Assembly (NCBI GenBank): GCA_015062395.1
Contig: SUUS01000004.1
Coordinates: 18,943 to 82,942, forward strand
Length of the DNA stretch: 64,000 nucleotides
Source: Alphaproteobacteria bacterium
Lineage (GTDB): Bacteria > Pseudomonadota > Alphaproteobacteria > CAAHEQ01 > UBA3637
Direction: 5' to 3'
The translations under genes were made by a program, and so were the position numbers. Within the stretch, counting starts at the first letter, position 1. Every line of letters begins with the position of its first letter. Below the pieces are notes generated by a model. It worked only from the letters and a program-made list of their open reading frames with translations, did not search any database and was not told where the DNA came from. Below are positions 47,559 to 58,135 of the stretch, one piece after another.

Positions 47559-48947
47559 TTATTTTTTCCTTTCTTCTAAATATCTTGGCAATTCAGACAT
47601 CCATTTCGATACATCTCCTGCGCCAAGTCCTATGACTAAATCGCCAGATGTGGCAACAGTCGCTATCTTTTCATTCATATCACTAGATGATGAAATTGTC
47701 AAAGCATTCGGATGATTTATTTTTTTGATAAACGCTTCTTTATTTATTCCTTCGATGGGCGTTTCCCCTGCAGCGTAAACATCAGAAACTAACAAAATAT
47801 CAGCTTTATCAAAAGCAAGAGCAAATTCATCCATTAAATCAGCAAAACGAGAATATCTATGTGGTTGAAAAACAGCTATAACTTTATTATTTGGTGTAGC
47901 TTCTTTTGCTGCATTCAGTGTTGCTTTGATTTCTTCTGGATGATGTCCATAATCATCATAGATATGAATTCCATCAACACAACCTCTTTTCGTAAAGCGC
48001 CTTTGTACACCTTCAAAAGAAGCAAAACCTGCTTTAATTTTTTCAATATCCATTCCACAATGATAAACAACAGCAAAAGCAGCCAAAGCATTCAGGATAT
48101 TATGTCTGCCAAACATCGGTAAAATAAAGTTGCTATAGATTTTGTCCCCAACTTTAATATCGAATTTTAATTCGCCTGCTTTGATTTGGATATTGATTGC
48201 TTGAATAAATGCGTCATCATTCAAACCGTAAGAAATGATTTTGCGATATTTTACTTTTTGGATTGTTTCTTTAACAACAGGATGATCTGTACAAACAACA
48301 CAGAAACCATAGAATGAGGTTGTTTGTAAAAAATGCATATATGCTAAATTCATTTGTTCAACAGAACCGTAATAATCCAAGTGTTCTGGATCCATACTGG
48401 TCACGACAGAAATCATTTTATTTAATCGTAAAAAACTACCATCAGATTCATCTGCTTCTGCAACAATCCAATCACTGCTTCCTAGAACAGAATTTGTTCC
48501 GTAATTATTCATTACGCCACCGACAATCGCAGATGGTTGCATTTGTCCTGTTATCATTAAATGAGTAATTAAAGATGAAGTTGTTGTTTTTCCATGCGTT
48601 CCAGCAACAGCTACCCCTTGTTTATAACGCATAATTTGAGCTAACATTTCTGCTCTATGTCCAACGGGCAGACCTTTTTCAACAGCAGCTTTTAGTTCTG
48701 GTAAATCTTTTGGAATGCCTGTGGAAACAATTACGACATCTGCGTTGTCGATAACATGAGGATCTTTTTGTCCGATAAAAACAGGAATTCCTTTGCTTGC
48801 TAATCTTTTTGTATTTGCATTTTCAACATCATTCGAACCTTGAACACGAATACCCATAGCTTGCAGGTTTTCGGCAATGGCACTCATACCTATTCCACCT
48901 ATGCCACAAAAATGAACGAGTCTGTTTTTAAAATAAATCATTTGCAA
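47559..48947 (-). CDS. murC: UDP-N-acetylmuramate--L-alanine ligase
   Basis: ..HFCGIGGIGMSAIAE.. and GTHGKTTTSSL Mur-ligase P-loop. Confidence 0.9.
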   Translation of the reverse strand: MQMIYFKNRLVHFCGIGGIGMSAIAENLQAMGIRVQGSNDVENANTKRLASKGIPVFIGQKDPHVIDNADVVIVSTGIPKDLPELKAAVEKGLPVGHRAEMLAQIMRYKQGVAVAGTHGKTTTSSLITHLMITGQMQPSAIVGGVMNNYGTNSVLGSSDWIVAEADESDGSFLRLNKMISVVTSMDPEHLDYYGSVEQMNLAYMHFLQTTSFYGFCVVCTDHPVVKETIQKVKYRKIISYGLNDDAFIQAINIQIKAGELKFDIKVGDKIYSNFILPMFGRHNILNALAAFAVVYHCGMDIEKIKAGFASFEGVQRRFTKRGCVDGIHIYDDYGHHPEEIKATLNAAKEATPNNKVIAVFQPHRYSRFADLMDEFALAFDKADILLVSDVYAAGETPIEGINKEAFIKKINHPNALTISSSSDMNEKIATVATSGDLVIGLGAGDVSKWMSELPRYLEERKK

Positions 48948-50038
48948 TCCTTTAAAATTTTAATAATTTCTTTTGCTAAAGCTTCATCAGCGCTTGTTTT
49001 GGGATTGGAGTTTTTAGCACAAAAAGCAGCTCTTTGCAATAAATTTTGATTTTCCATCAAATCTGTTAATCTTGACGTGATATTTTCAACGGTTGTATTT
49101 TTTTCTATGATAAGCCACCCAGCCCCTCCAGCAGTCCAAATACGTGCGTTTGCAGTTTGATGATTATCTGCAGCTGTTGGTAATGGCATTAATAATGCAG
49201 GTCTTCCCACCATAGAAAATTCAGCTAAAGACGAAGCCCCCGACCGAGAAATAACCAAATGCGCATTGGCTAATAAATTTGGAATGTTGTCAAAAAAAGG
49301 TGCTAATTGGATATTTTTGATACCAGAATTTCGATATTCTTCTTCGACTCTGTTCATATCTTCAGCACGTACTTGTTGCGTTAATACAAGTTTACCCTTT
49401 AATTCTGGGGAAAGAGCTACAATAGCTTTTGGTAAAATATCACTGAAGGCTCTGGCTCCCTGACTTCCCCCAATAATAAGTAAATGAAATTCTGTTGTAT
49501 CCGTCGGATAAGGAGTCTCTTTTTTTTCTATGATTTCTGGTCGGACAGGCATTCCTGTTTGAACTGTTTTAACAAAAGCAGGAAGTTGACCTGTTGGTGT
49601 AAATGATGTTGCAATCAGTTTAGCTTTTCTTGCCAATAAACGATTTGCCTTTCCTAAAATAGCATTTTGTTCGTGCAAAACAACAGGAATATGCAAAAAT
49701 TGGGCTGCTAAAACAGAAGGGATTGAAGCATATCCTCCGAAACCAACAACTAATTTAGGTTTTATTTTTAATAATAACCGAATGGCTTGAAACGTTCCAA
49801 TACCCAATTTGGATAGGGCGATAATTTTACCCAAAAGACCTCTGCCACTAACGGAAGAAGCACAAACAGAGTAATTTGGAATTGACGCTAGAATTCCTTT
49901 AATCCTTTTTTTTCCTCTGTTATCTGTGACAAAAGCTAGTTCGTAGCCTTCTTTTTTTAAACAGGTTGCTACAGCTTGAGCAGGAAAAACATGGCCACCA
50001 GAACCACCTGTTGTAATTAAAATTAAATTTTTTTTCAT
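48938..50038 (-). CDS. murG: Undecaprenyl-PP-MurNAc-pentapeptide GlcNAc transferase
   Basis: ..ITTGGSGGHVFPAQAVA.. GT28 family. Confidence 0.9.
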   Translation of the reverse strand: MKKNLILITTGGSGGHVFPAQAVATCLKKEGYELAFVTDNRGKKRIKGILASIPNYSVCASSVSGRGLLGKIIALSKLGIGTFQAIRLLLKIKPKLVVGFGGYASIPSVLAAQFLHIPVVLHEQNAILGKANRLLARKAKLIATSFTPTGQLPAFVKTVQTGMPVRPEIIEKKETPYPTDTTEFHLLIIGGSQGARAFSDILPKAIVALSPELKGKLVLTQQVRAEDMNRVEEEYRNSGIKNIQLAPFFDNIPNLLANAHLVISRSGASSLAEFSMVGRPALLMPLPTAADNHQTANARIWTAGGAGWLIIEKNTTVENITSRLTDLMENQNLLQRAAFCAKNSNPKTSADEALAKEIIKILKDCK

Positions 50039-51171
50039 TCCAATCCTCCTTGAGTCGGATGTCTGCGTGTTAAGGATAAAATAACGCCAAACCCTAATGC
50101 CAACGAAAGTAATGATGAACCACCGTAAGAAATAAAGGGTAGGGTCATTCCTTTTGTTGGAAGCAAGCTTAATGTTGATCCCATATTAATAAATGCTTGT
50201 ACACCAAATTGAGTTAAAAGTCCAGCTACTGCAAGCATATTAAATAAATTTTTTTCTTTACTCATAATGTAAAAACCACGAAAAACAATAAAAGCAAACA
50301 AAAAAACGACGACTATGCTTAATAAAAAACCGTATTCTTCAGCCGCAACTGCTAAAATAAAATCAGTATGAGCATCGGGCAGTTTACTTTTTATGATACC
50401 TTCTCCTGGACCACGTCCAAACCATCCAGCATTATTAAATGCAGCTAATGAAGTATCTACTTGAAACGAATCGCCCACATCAGGATTTAAAAAACGATTA
50501 ATTCGACTTTGAACGTGAGGCAGTAAGACGTATGCTGCTCCAAATCCACCTATTGCCAGTAAAGATAATAATGTTATCCACCAAAAAGAAATTCCTGCCA
50601 GAAATAGTTGAGCTCCCCAGATGGCAGAAATTGTGACTGTCATTCCAAAATCAGGTTGTAATAATAATAAACTAATAACAACTAAATAAATAAATCCAGC
50701 AATAGGAATTCCTGGAAAACCTTTAATTAAGCGTCCTGATGCGAAAATCCAAGCGCAAACAACAGCAAAAGCTGGTTTAATAAATTCAGATGGTTGTATT
50801 GAAAATCCTGGAAAATAAATCCATCTTTTTGATCCTTTTACTTCCATTCCGAAAAACAAAGTGCAACATAACAAGACAAAAAAACTTAAAAAAACTAAAA
50901 AACAGAGTCGTCTGATGTGTTTGGGCGATAACATAGATACACCAAACATTAAAGTAATTGAAGGGACAAGAAAAAATAATTGCTTTTTTATAAAGTAAAA
51001 AGAATCTTTGTTTTTTATAACGCGTTGAGCCACTGCAGGAGAGGCTGAAAAAGTTAAAAATATCCCACAGGCAATCAATGCTAAAATCGCCCACAATAGC
51101 CCTCTGTCAAGTGTTCTTGTCCATTCGAAAAAAGAAATCTTTGCTTTTAAATAAAGTTTTCGTATTTTCAT
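50035..51171 (-). CDS. ftsW: Lipid II flippase / peptidoglycan polymerase FtsW (SEDS family)
   Basis: The start was placed at MKIRKLY.. (ATGA overlap with the mraY stop); the ORF track starts 16 codons upstream. SEDS motifs ..SEFIKPAF.. and ..HTDFILAV... Confidence 0.85.
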   Translation of the reverse strand: MKIRKLYLKAKISFFEWTRTLDRGLLWAILALIACGIFLTFSASPAVAQRVIKNKDSFYFIKKQLFFLVPSITLMFGVSMLSPKHIRRLCFLVFLSFFVLLCCTLFFGMEVKGSKRWIYFPGFSIQPSEFIKPAFAVVCAWIFASGRLIKGFPGIPIAGFIYLVVISLLLLQPDFGMTVTISAIWGAQLFLAGISFWWITLLSLLAIGGFGAAYVLLPHVQSRINRFLNPDVGDSFQVDTSLAAFNNAGWFGRGPGEGIIKSKLPDAHTDFILAVAAEEYGFLLSIVVVFLFAFIVFRGFYIMSKEKNLFNMLAVAGLLTQFGVQAFINMGSTLSLLPTKGMTLPFISYGGSSLLSLALGFGVILSLTRRHPTQGGLE

Positions 51172-52205
51172 AATAATGTAGCCAATCCAATCAATCCCAT
51201 AAAAAATGAAAACAACCAAAAGCAGCGAACAACTTTGACTTCACTCCATCCTTTTTTTTCAAAATGGTGATGAATAGGCGCCATTAAAAAAATCCGTTTT
51301 TTAAAACGTTTGTATGAAAATACTTGTATCACATCCGACAGCGCTTCGATGACAAATAATGAACCGATAATAGCCAGTAATAATTCCTGATGTAAACAAA
51401 TGGCCATCATTCCCAATACAGCCCCCATTCCTAGAGCACCGATATCTCCCATAAAAATTTGAGCAGGTTTTTTATTGTAGTATAAAAATGCTAAAAGCGC
51501 TCCACAGGATGCTGATGCAAAAATACTAATAACCCAAACATCTGGTATATAAAAAAGCGAAACCCGTCTGGCTAAAGTTAAATCTCCTGTGATTATTCCC
51601 AATATGGCAAAGCAAATAAAAGAAATAATTAATGGTACGGAAACCAATCCATCTAATCCATCGGTTAAATTAACGGCATTGACGGTTCCTGTAAAAACGA
51701 ATGCGGCAAAAACAACATAAAGAAAACTTAATCCAAATACTGTTTTAAAATAAGGTATTTGTAGTGCTGTCATTACTTTTGTGGGCGTTAAATACATTGC
51801 AAAAAGTATAGCGATGGTTGCGACGATAAATTCAATGAGCAATCGTTTGTTTTCAGAAATACCATTTGGGGAAGAACTTTTTAACTTGCAAAAATCGTCA
51901 TAGAACCCTAAAAGTCCCATAGATAACATTACAAAAATTAAAATCCAAAGGAAGCCATTTGTAAGGGGACACCACAACAACACAGAAACCAATGTTGATA
52001 ATAATATAACAATCCCCCCCATTGTTGGCGTTCCTTTTTTGGTAAGGTGCGTTTGAGGACCGTTTAATCTGATGGGTTGTTCTTTTTTTAAGCTTTTCAT
52101 TTTGTTTATAAATTTGGGCATACCTAAAAAACAAAGCAGATATGCTGTTAAAAAAGCGATTAAACAAGACATTAAAACATTCGAAGATAAAACTGAAAAA
52201 AGCAT
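51168..52205 (-). CDS. mraY: Phospho-N-acetylmuramoyl-pentapeptide transferase
   Basis: ..NAVNLTDGLDGL.. and ..MGDIGALGMGAVLG.. Confidence 0.9.
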   Translation of the reverse strand: MLFSVLSSNVLMSCLIAFLTAYLLCFLGMPKFINKMKSLKKEQPIRLNGPQTHLTKKGTPTMGGIVILLSTLVSVLLWCPLTNGFLWILIFVMLSMGLLGFYDDFCKLKSSSPNGISENKRLLIEFIVATIAILFAMYLTPTKVMTALQIPYFKTVFGLSFLYVVFAAFVFTGTVNAVNLTDGLDGLVSVPLIISFICFAILGIITGDLTLARRVSLFYIPDVWVISIFASASCGALLAFLYYNKKPAQIFMGDIGALGMGAVLGMMAICLHQELLLAIIGSLFVIEALSDVIQVFSYKRFKKRIFLMAPIHHHFEKKGWSEVKVVRCFWLFSFFMGLIGLATLL

Positions 52206-55009
52206 TATTGAAAAGCCTCCAAAATTTTGTCTAAACGCATAGAGTTAGAACCTTTTATCAAAACAGTATCTCCATCTTGCAGAACTGCTTTTAACGATTC
52301 TATTACTTCAGGTGCATTTAAAACAGCAACAGCCTTTTTGCTTTCAGGAAGAACATCAAAGAGTTGTTTTATTTCTTCTCCTATCGTAAAAACAAGGTCT
52401 ATGTTATTTTTTTCAATAATGTCTTTTAAGCCTATATGTAGTTGTCTGGATTCTGTACCCAGTTCTTTCATTTCACCCAAAACAGCAATTTTCCTTCCAG
52501 GATAACGAGACAGAACGTCTAGTGAGGCTGCCATTGATGCAGGATTTGCATTATAAGCATCATCAATAAATGTAATCGTTTTTCCATCTATTTCTTTTTG
52601 CAGTGTTGCACCACGACCTTTTAACGGTTTAATGTGTTTTAAGTTTTCTATCGCTTTATCCACATCAGCACCTAACGCCAAAACAACGCCCAATACTCCC
52701 AAGGCATTTTGAATAAAATGTAATCCTGCTAATTGAAGCTGAAGTTGTTTTATTTGTCCATTAATTTGTATTTGAGCAATCGACCCTTCTTTGTTTATGG
52801 CGTAGTTTAATAATTTTACGGAAGCTTCTGGCTTGGAACCAAATGAATAAATATGAGAAATATCATTTTCAGAAGCTCTTTGTTTTAAATGTTGGAATTG
52901 ATCATTATCTGCATTTAAGAAAACAGCCCCATTTTTATTCATAAATTTAAAGATTTCGGATTTTGCATCAGCAATTTGTTGAACGTCTTTAAAAAATTCA
53001 AGATGTGCCGAACAAATCATTGTAATCAGTACAATGTCTGGTTTTACCAAATAAGATAGATATTCCATTTCACCAATATGATTCATTCCCATTTCAATAA
53101 TCGTCCAGTTGGCCAACCTGGGCATACGGGCCAAAGTTAAAGGAACCCCCCATTGGTTGTTTAAGTTTCCTTGCGTAAAATGAACTTCTCCTTGTCCTTT
53201 TAAAGCTGTTGCTAGCATTTCTTTGGATGTAGTTTTTCCTGATGAACCAGTAATACCAATTTTAATTGTTTTTGAATTTTGTACAGCATATTTTGCCATA
53301 TCCTCTAATGCTTCATCTGTATTAGTGACAAAGAATAATTTATCTGTTTGGTCAACTTGAGGTACATCTCTGCTAACAATCGCTGCCGCAGCACCTTTTT
53401 GGAGTGCATCGGCAACAAAATCATGTCCATCAAATTTTTCTCCTTTTAACGCAACGTAAATATCTCCAGGGATAATCGTTCTTGAATCAATAGAAACACC
53501 ATAGCCAATGAATGCTTTGTAAGCTTTTCCCCCAGTTGCTTTTTTCAATTCATCGCTTGTCCATAATGGTTTTTCTTCTTGTGATTTTAAGGCTAACAGC
53601 GCTTGGATGCGATCGTTAAAAGGATGGTTAAATCCATTAATCATTTGTCCTTCTTCATGACCTTTACCTGCAATTAACAAGCAATCTGCTTTTTGCAGTT
53701 TTCGAATCGCATGATAAATCGCTTTTGCTCTGTCTGCAATCGGATGTGCATTGGGACAGCCTTGCATAATTTCTGAACGAATTTCGGCTGCATCTTCAAA
53801 ACGGGGATTGTCATCTGTGACGATAACGTAATCAGCTAATTGTGCTGCTATTTGTCCCATAATAGGACGTTTTCCACGATCTCTGTTCCCACCACAACCA
53901 AAAACAACATAAAGTTTGCCTTTTGTTTGTCTTTTCAATGAGGTCAACGCTGTTTCAAGTCCATCAGGTGTATGTGCATAGTCAACAAAAATAGTCGCCC
54001 CAGTTTTTGTTTGAGCAATTAATTCCATTCTGCCAGCTGGACTTTTTAAGTGAGACAATGCCATTATAACATCAGGGATTGCAAAATTTAAAGATAAAAC
54101 CAAACCGATAGCTGCTAATACATTATAGCCTTGAAAGTTTCCTGCAACTGGCAGATGGACATCGTATCTTTCTCCGAATACTTCTAATGTTAAATCTTGT
54201 CCTGTTTCATAAAGTTTTTGATTTATTAAACGTATTTGTTGCCCTTGTTTTCCATAGGAAATAACATTTAATCCCTTTTGCTGGCAAATTTTTTGAATAG
54301 TTGTAAATTCTGGTATATCTGCGTTTAATACGGCTGTTTGCGTTGTTAATTCAGTAAATAAACGCATTTTTGCCATCAGATAATTTTCCATATTTTGATG
54401 ATAATCTAAATGGTCGCGTGTCAAGTTTGTAAATGCTGCAGCTTTGAATTTTAATCCACTTAATCTGTCTTGGTCCAAACCATGCGAGGATGCTTCTAAT
54501 GCTACGTAATTTACACTGTTTTCTGACAGCGTTTGTAAATCTTTACTTAAGGTAATACTGTCTGTTGTTGTCATTCCTGCATATGAATGATGATTTTTGG
54601 ACTGAACGCCTAATGTGCCAATACTGGCAGCATTTTTTCCAAGAGCTTCCAAAATTTCACGAACAAAAAAGACAGTAGAAGTTTTTCCATTTGTTCCTGT
54701 GACAGCCAATAAATTTTCAGGGTAATTTTGATAAAATAAAGACGCCAATTTAGCCATTGCTTGTCTGGCATTTTTAACTTCAAAAACTGGGATTTGCGCT
54801 TCAACAGGTGTGTCTGTTAAAATTGCAACTGCACCATTTGAAATAGCTTCTGGAATGTAAGAAAGACCACTTTCTTTATTTCCATTTACAGCAATGAATA
54901 AATTTCCTTTTTCAACTTTTCTAGAATCACAGGCAATTCCTGTTATTTCAAAATCAGCTTCAAAAGGCGTTGTAATTTCAGCTTTTTTTAATAATTCAGA
55001 CAATATCAT
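52205..55009 (-). CDS. murE: Fused MurE (meso-DAP-adding ligase) - MurF (D-Ala-D-Ala-adding ligase) polypeptide
   Basis: 934 aa single ORF. The N-terminal half is MurE (..VTGTNGKTSTVFF.., DNPR). From about residue 470 (WTSDELKKATGGKA..IYVALKGEKFDGHDFV..GITGSSGKTTSKEM) it is MurF. Confidence 0.8.
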   Translation of the reverse strand: MILSELLKKAEITTPFEADFEITGIACDSRKVEKGNLFIAVNGNKESGLSYIPEAISNGAVAILTDTPVEAQIPVFEVKNARQAMAKLASLFYQNYPENLLAVTGTNGKTSTVFFVREILEALGKNAASIGTLGVQSKNHHSYAGMTTTDSITLSKDLQTLSENSVNYVALEASSHGLDQDRLSGLKFKAAAFTNLTRDHLDYHQNMENYLMAKMRLFTELTTQTAVLNADIPEFTTIQKICQQKGLNVISYGKQGQQIRLINQKLYETGQDLTLEVFGERYDVHLPVAGNFQGYNVLAAIGLVLSLNFAIPDVIMALSHLKSPAGRMELIAQTKTGATIFVDYAHTPDGLETALTSLKRQTKGKLYVVFGCGGNRDRGKRPIMGQIAAQLADYVIVTDDNPRFEDAAEIRSEIMQGCPNAHPIADRAKAIYHAIRKLQKADCLLIAGKGHEEGQMINGFNHPFNDRIQALLALKSQEEKPLWTSDELKKATGGKAYKAFIGYGVSIDSRTIIPGDIYVALKGEKFDGHDFVADALQKGAAAAIVSRDVPQVDQTDKLFFVTNTDEALEDMAKYAVQNSKTIKIGITGSSGKTTSKEMLATALKGQGEVHFTQGNLNNQWGVPLTLARMPRLANWTIIEMGMNHIGEMEYLSYLVKPDIVLITMICSAHLEFFKDVQQIADAKSEIFKFMNKNGAVFLNADNDQFQHLKQRASENDISHIYSFGSKPEASVKLLNYAINKEGSIAQIQINGQIKQLQLQLAGLHFIQNALGVLGVVLALGADVDKAIENLKHIKPLKGRGATLQKEIDGKTITFIDDAYNANPASMAASLDVLSRYPGRKIAVLGEMKELGTESRQLHIGLKDIIEKNNIDLVFTIGEEIKQLFDVLPESKKAVAVLNAPEVIESLKAVLQDGDTVLIKGSNSMRLDKILEAFQ

Positions 55010-55010
55010 T

Positions 55011-56771
55011 TTATCTACCCTTTTTTTTCTTTTTTTCTAAAGCATAATCATACGCACTTTGCATATACGAAGCAGATGGAATTTCTTCTTTTTGCTCGAT
55101 ACCTAGCATAGGCGCGATGGCTTCAATAATTTTGCCAGCTGTAGGCGATGCGTTCCAACCAGCAGTATTGAAATACCAGTCTTCTTTTCGTTTGGCTGGG
55201 TTTTCCATCATAACATACACGATATATTTTGGTTTGTCCATTGGAAAAGTTCCAATAAATGAAGTTCTTACTTTTCCTTCTATATATTTTCCTGTTTTGG
55301 GGTCTTGTAATTGTGCCGTTCCTGTCTTTCCTATGACGTTAAAACCTGTGACGTTTGCTGTTTTGGCTGAACCGATTTTAACGACACCACGCAACATTTG
55401 TCGTATTTGTTGAGAGGTTTCTTCAGACAATAATTGTTCATATACAGCGTTTTTATTTCCATCTTTGATGAATGTTGGATATTGATACAGACCATTATTC
55501 ACTAAAGCATTAAAGGCGCTGGCCAAGTGAAGAGGGGATACAGCCAAACCATATCCATAACCAATAGTCGCAGTTTCAACATCATCCCATTTTTTTTGAA
55601 CAATGGGGTGCCCTTTTTCTGGTAAATTTATATCTAAAATAGATAAAAAATGAAAGCGATTTAAAAAGTCTCTTTGTACTTGTGGTCCCAGCATTTGTGC
55701 AATTTTAGCTGTTCCGATGTTGCTGGAATAAATTAAAATTTCTGGAACGGTTAATATACGATCTTCTGCTTGAAAATCTGTAATGGTTCGACCCTTTGCC
55801 AATTTATACGGATTAAAAGCTTCAATTTCTGATTGGGGTGTAATTAATCCACTTTCCAATCCAAAAGCCACCGTAAAAGGTTTCATTACAGAACCCAACT
55901 CATACATTCCAACTGTTGCTTTATTCAAAGAAATGGTGTTTGGATCAATAGGCGTTTTATTTAAATCAAAATCAGGCAAAGAAACCATTGCAAGCACTTC
56001 GCTTGTTTTTGCATCTAAAACCAAACAAACTGCGCCATCAGCCGTGAACTTTTCAACTGCTTCAGATAAAATTGTATGGACAATGTCTTGAATTTGTATA
56101 TCGACGGATAAAGTTAATGCATCTTGATTTTGTGTTAATATGTTTTCGTATTGTTTTTCTATGCCAGCAATTCCAACATTATCAATGTTAGTAAAACCAA
56201 TTAGATGCGAAAATAAATGACTGTGTGGATAAACGCGTCGTTCAGATGCTTCGAAATTTAATTGAGGATATCCCAAACGGTTGACTGCATATTGTTCTTG
56301 AGGTGTTAAATTCCTGCGTAAATAGATGAAACTGTTTTTTGATAAAAGCTTTTTTATTAAATTTTCTTTATTTAAATCAGGGAAAATCGAAATTAAATCT
56401 TCAGCCATTTTATGCGCATCAGGCATATAGCGAGCATCAACATATAAATCAACAATCGGCAAACTGGTTGCCAGAATGCGTCCTTTTCTATCTACAATAT
56501 CTGCTCTGGAAACAGGACGAGATGTTGATAAAATACTCTTGTTATGAGTCTTAATACTTTGTTTTAAAATTGTTTGATCAAATAAACGTATTCCAATGAT
56601 AATAAAAGCAATTAAAAATAAGTAAGCTAAAACCATCATTCTGGTTTTTCCTGTTTTAAGTGCATGTACCGTAATAGAATCTAAAAAACGATAAGTATCG
56701 TTGTCTTTTAGTGGGATTTCTTTTCCTATTGGATAAAGCTCTTCTTTTTTTTGACGGTAGAACAAAAACAT
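55011..56771 (-). CDS. ftsI: Peptidoglycan D,D-transpeptidase FtsI (PBP3)
   Basis: N-terminal TM helix plus dimerisation domain. Transpeptidase motifs SxxK (GSVMKPF), SxN and KTGT. Confidence 0.85.
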   Translation of the reverse strand: MFLFYRQKKEELYPIGKEIPLKDNDTYRFLDSITVHALKTGKTRMMVLAYLFLIAFIIIGIRLFDQTILKQSIKTHNKSILSTSRPVSRADIVDRKGRILATSLPIVDLYVDARYMPDAHKMAEDLISIFPDLNKENLIKKLLSKNSFIYLRRNLTPQEQYAVNRLGYPQLNFEASERRVYPHSHLFSHLIGFTNIDNVGIAGIEKQYENILTQNQDALTLSVDIQIQDIVHTILSEAVEKFTADGAVCLVLDAKTSEVLAMVSLPDFDLNKTPIDPNTISLNKATVGMYELGSVMKPFTVAFGLESGLITPQSEIEAFNPYKLAKGRTITDFQAEDRILTVPEILIYSSNIGTAKIAQMLGPQVQRDFLNRFHFLSILDINLPEKGHPIVQKKWDDVETATIGYGYGLAVSPLHLASAFNALVNNGLYQYPTFIKDGNKNAVYEQLLSEETSQQIRQMLRGVVKIGSAKTANVTGFNVIGKTGTAQLQDPKTGKYIEGKVRTSFIGTFPMDKPKYIVYVMMENPAKRKEDWYFNTAGWNASPTAGKIIEAIAPMLGIEQKEEIPSASYMQSAYDYALEKKKKKGR

Positions 56772-56772
56772 T

Positions 56773-57060
56773 TTAATCGCTCTCCTTAAAAGAAATATCG
56801 GACCATTTTAAAATTTGAGAGGGTTTTGTCTTTTGTAAAGATGTATTTTGTTTTGCTAAAATACGTAGCCTTTCTGGATTATTTAAGTTTGTCCATTCTG
56901 CTTTTAATATATGGATACTGCGATTGTTATATGTGATTTGTTTATGCATTTGAGCCAAACGGTTTTCTTTTGCCATGACGTGATATTTTAAGATAAACAT
57001 ACCTGTTGCAGAAAAAAAAGCAAAAAAGCCGAAAAGAAAGTAAAAAATAAAGCGCTTCAT
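56773..57060 (-). CDS. ftsL: Cell division protein FtsL-like
   Basis: 95-aa bitopic protein between rsmH and ftsI. Confidence 0.55.
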   Translation of the reverse strand: MKRFIFYFLFGFFAFFSATGMFILKYHVMAKENRLAQMHKQITYNNRSIHILKAEWTNLNNPERLRILAKQNTSLQKTKPSQILKWSDISFKESD

Positions 57061-57983
57061 TGAACAATCTCCTTATTTCGGATAGCACTGCGCAAATGAG
57101 CGCTTCTAGAGCGTGGGTTTATTTTTACTTCTTCATTTGTTGCACTGACAGGTTTTTTCGTTTGTAATTGAAAACGATAATTTTTTTGTTCTGTCTTTTT
57201 GTATTTGTTGGTGTGACAGGAGGGTGCAGATGCTTTTTGGAAAAAAGTTTTAACGATTCTATCTTCCAATGAATGAAATGTGACGACAGACAAAACGCCT
57301 TTATCTTTTAAGATAGATTCTGCAGCAGTCAATCCTTTTTCTAACTGACCTAATTCATCATTGACAAATATACGAAGAGCTTGAAATGTACGGGTCGCCG
57401 AGTCAATATCGCCTGGTTTATGAGGCATAACGCTGTGAATCGTTTGAACCAAATCCAAAGTTGTTTCAAATTTTTTTTCTTTTCTGCGAGATACAATAGC
57501 TTTTGCAATTTTTCTTGAAAAACGTTCTTCTCCGTACTGATATATAACATCAGCCAGCTGTTGCTCATCCATAGTGTTGACAACGTCTGCAGCCGTTTGT
57601 CCCGTTTGTCCCATTCGCATATCCAAAGGTCCATCTTTTTGGAAAGAAAATCCACGTTCTGGTTGGTCTATTTGCATCGAAGAAACACCAATGTCTAAAA
57701 CGACACCATCTACTTCTTGCTGAACTAAAGAATCCATGTCACCGAAACAGCCCTGTAGTAAAGTAAGACGTGGTGCATATTTTTCTACCAATGCTTGACC
57801 TGCATCAATGGCTGTTTTGTCTCGATCAATGGCAATAACGCAAGTTGTCGGATTCGCATCTAAAATGGCTTGCGTATAGCCACCAGCACCAAAAGTACCA
57901 TCAACGTACACACCATTTTCCTTTATTTGCAGAGATTCTATAACCTCTTGCAACAAAACGGGCATATGAGGACGTTTATCCAT
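57057..57983 (-). CDS. rsmH: 16S rRNA m4C1402 methyltransferase RsmH (MraW)
   Basis: ..HMPVLLQEV..YVDGTFGAGGYTQAIL..DLGVSSMQID.. Confidence 0.9.
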   Translation of the reverse strand: MDKRPHMPVLLQEVIESLQIKENGVYVDGTFGAGGYTQAILDANPTTCVIAIDRDKTAIDAGQALVEKYAPRLTLLQGCFGDMDSLVQQEVDGVVLDIGVSSMQIDQPERGFSFQKDGPLDMRMGQTGQTAADVVNTMDEQQLADVIYQYGEERFSRKIAKAIVSRRKEKKFETTLDLVQTIHSVMPHKPGDIDSATRTFQALRIFVNDELGQLEKGLTAAESILKDKGVLSVVTFHSLEDRIVKTFFQKASAPSCHTNKYKKTEQKNYRFQLQTKKPVSATNEEVKINPRSRSAHLRSAIRNKEIVQ

Positions 57984-58135
57984 TCTTTTCAGCTCCTTTG
58001 GTGTTTACACATATATGCTTCTTAAGGGATACCACGAGCAGGGGGTAAAGGTCAAGTATTAATTGTCTTTTTTTTGTTTACATTTGAAAATTTTTTAGTT
58101 ATGTTATTTATAAAGTTAATAAAAGGTTAAAGCAG

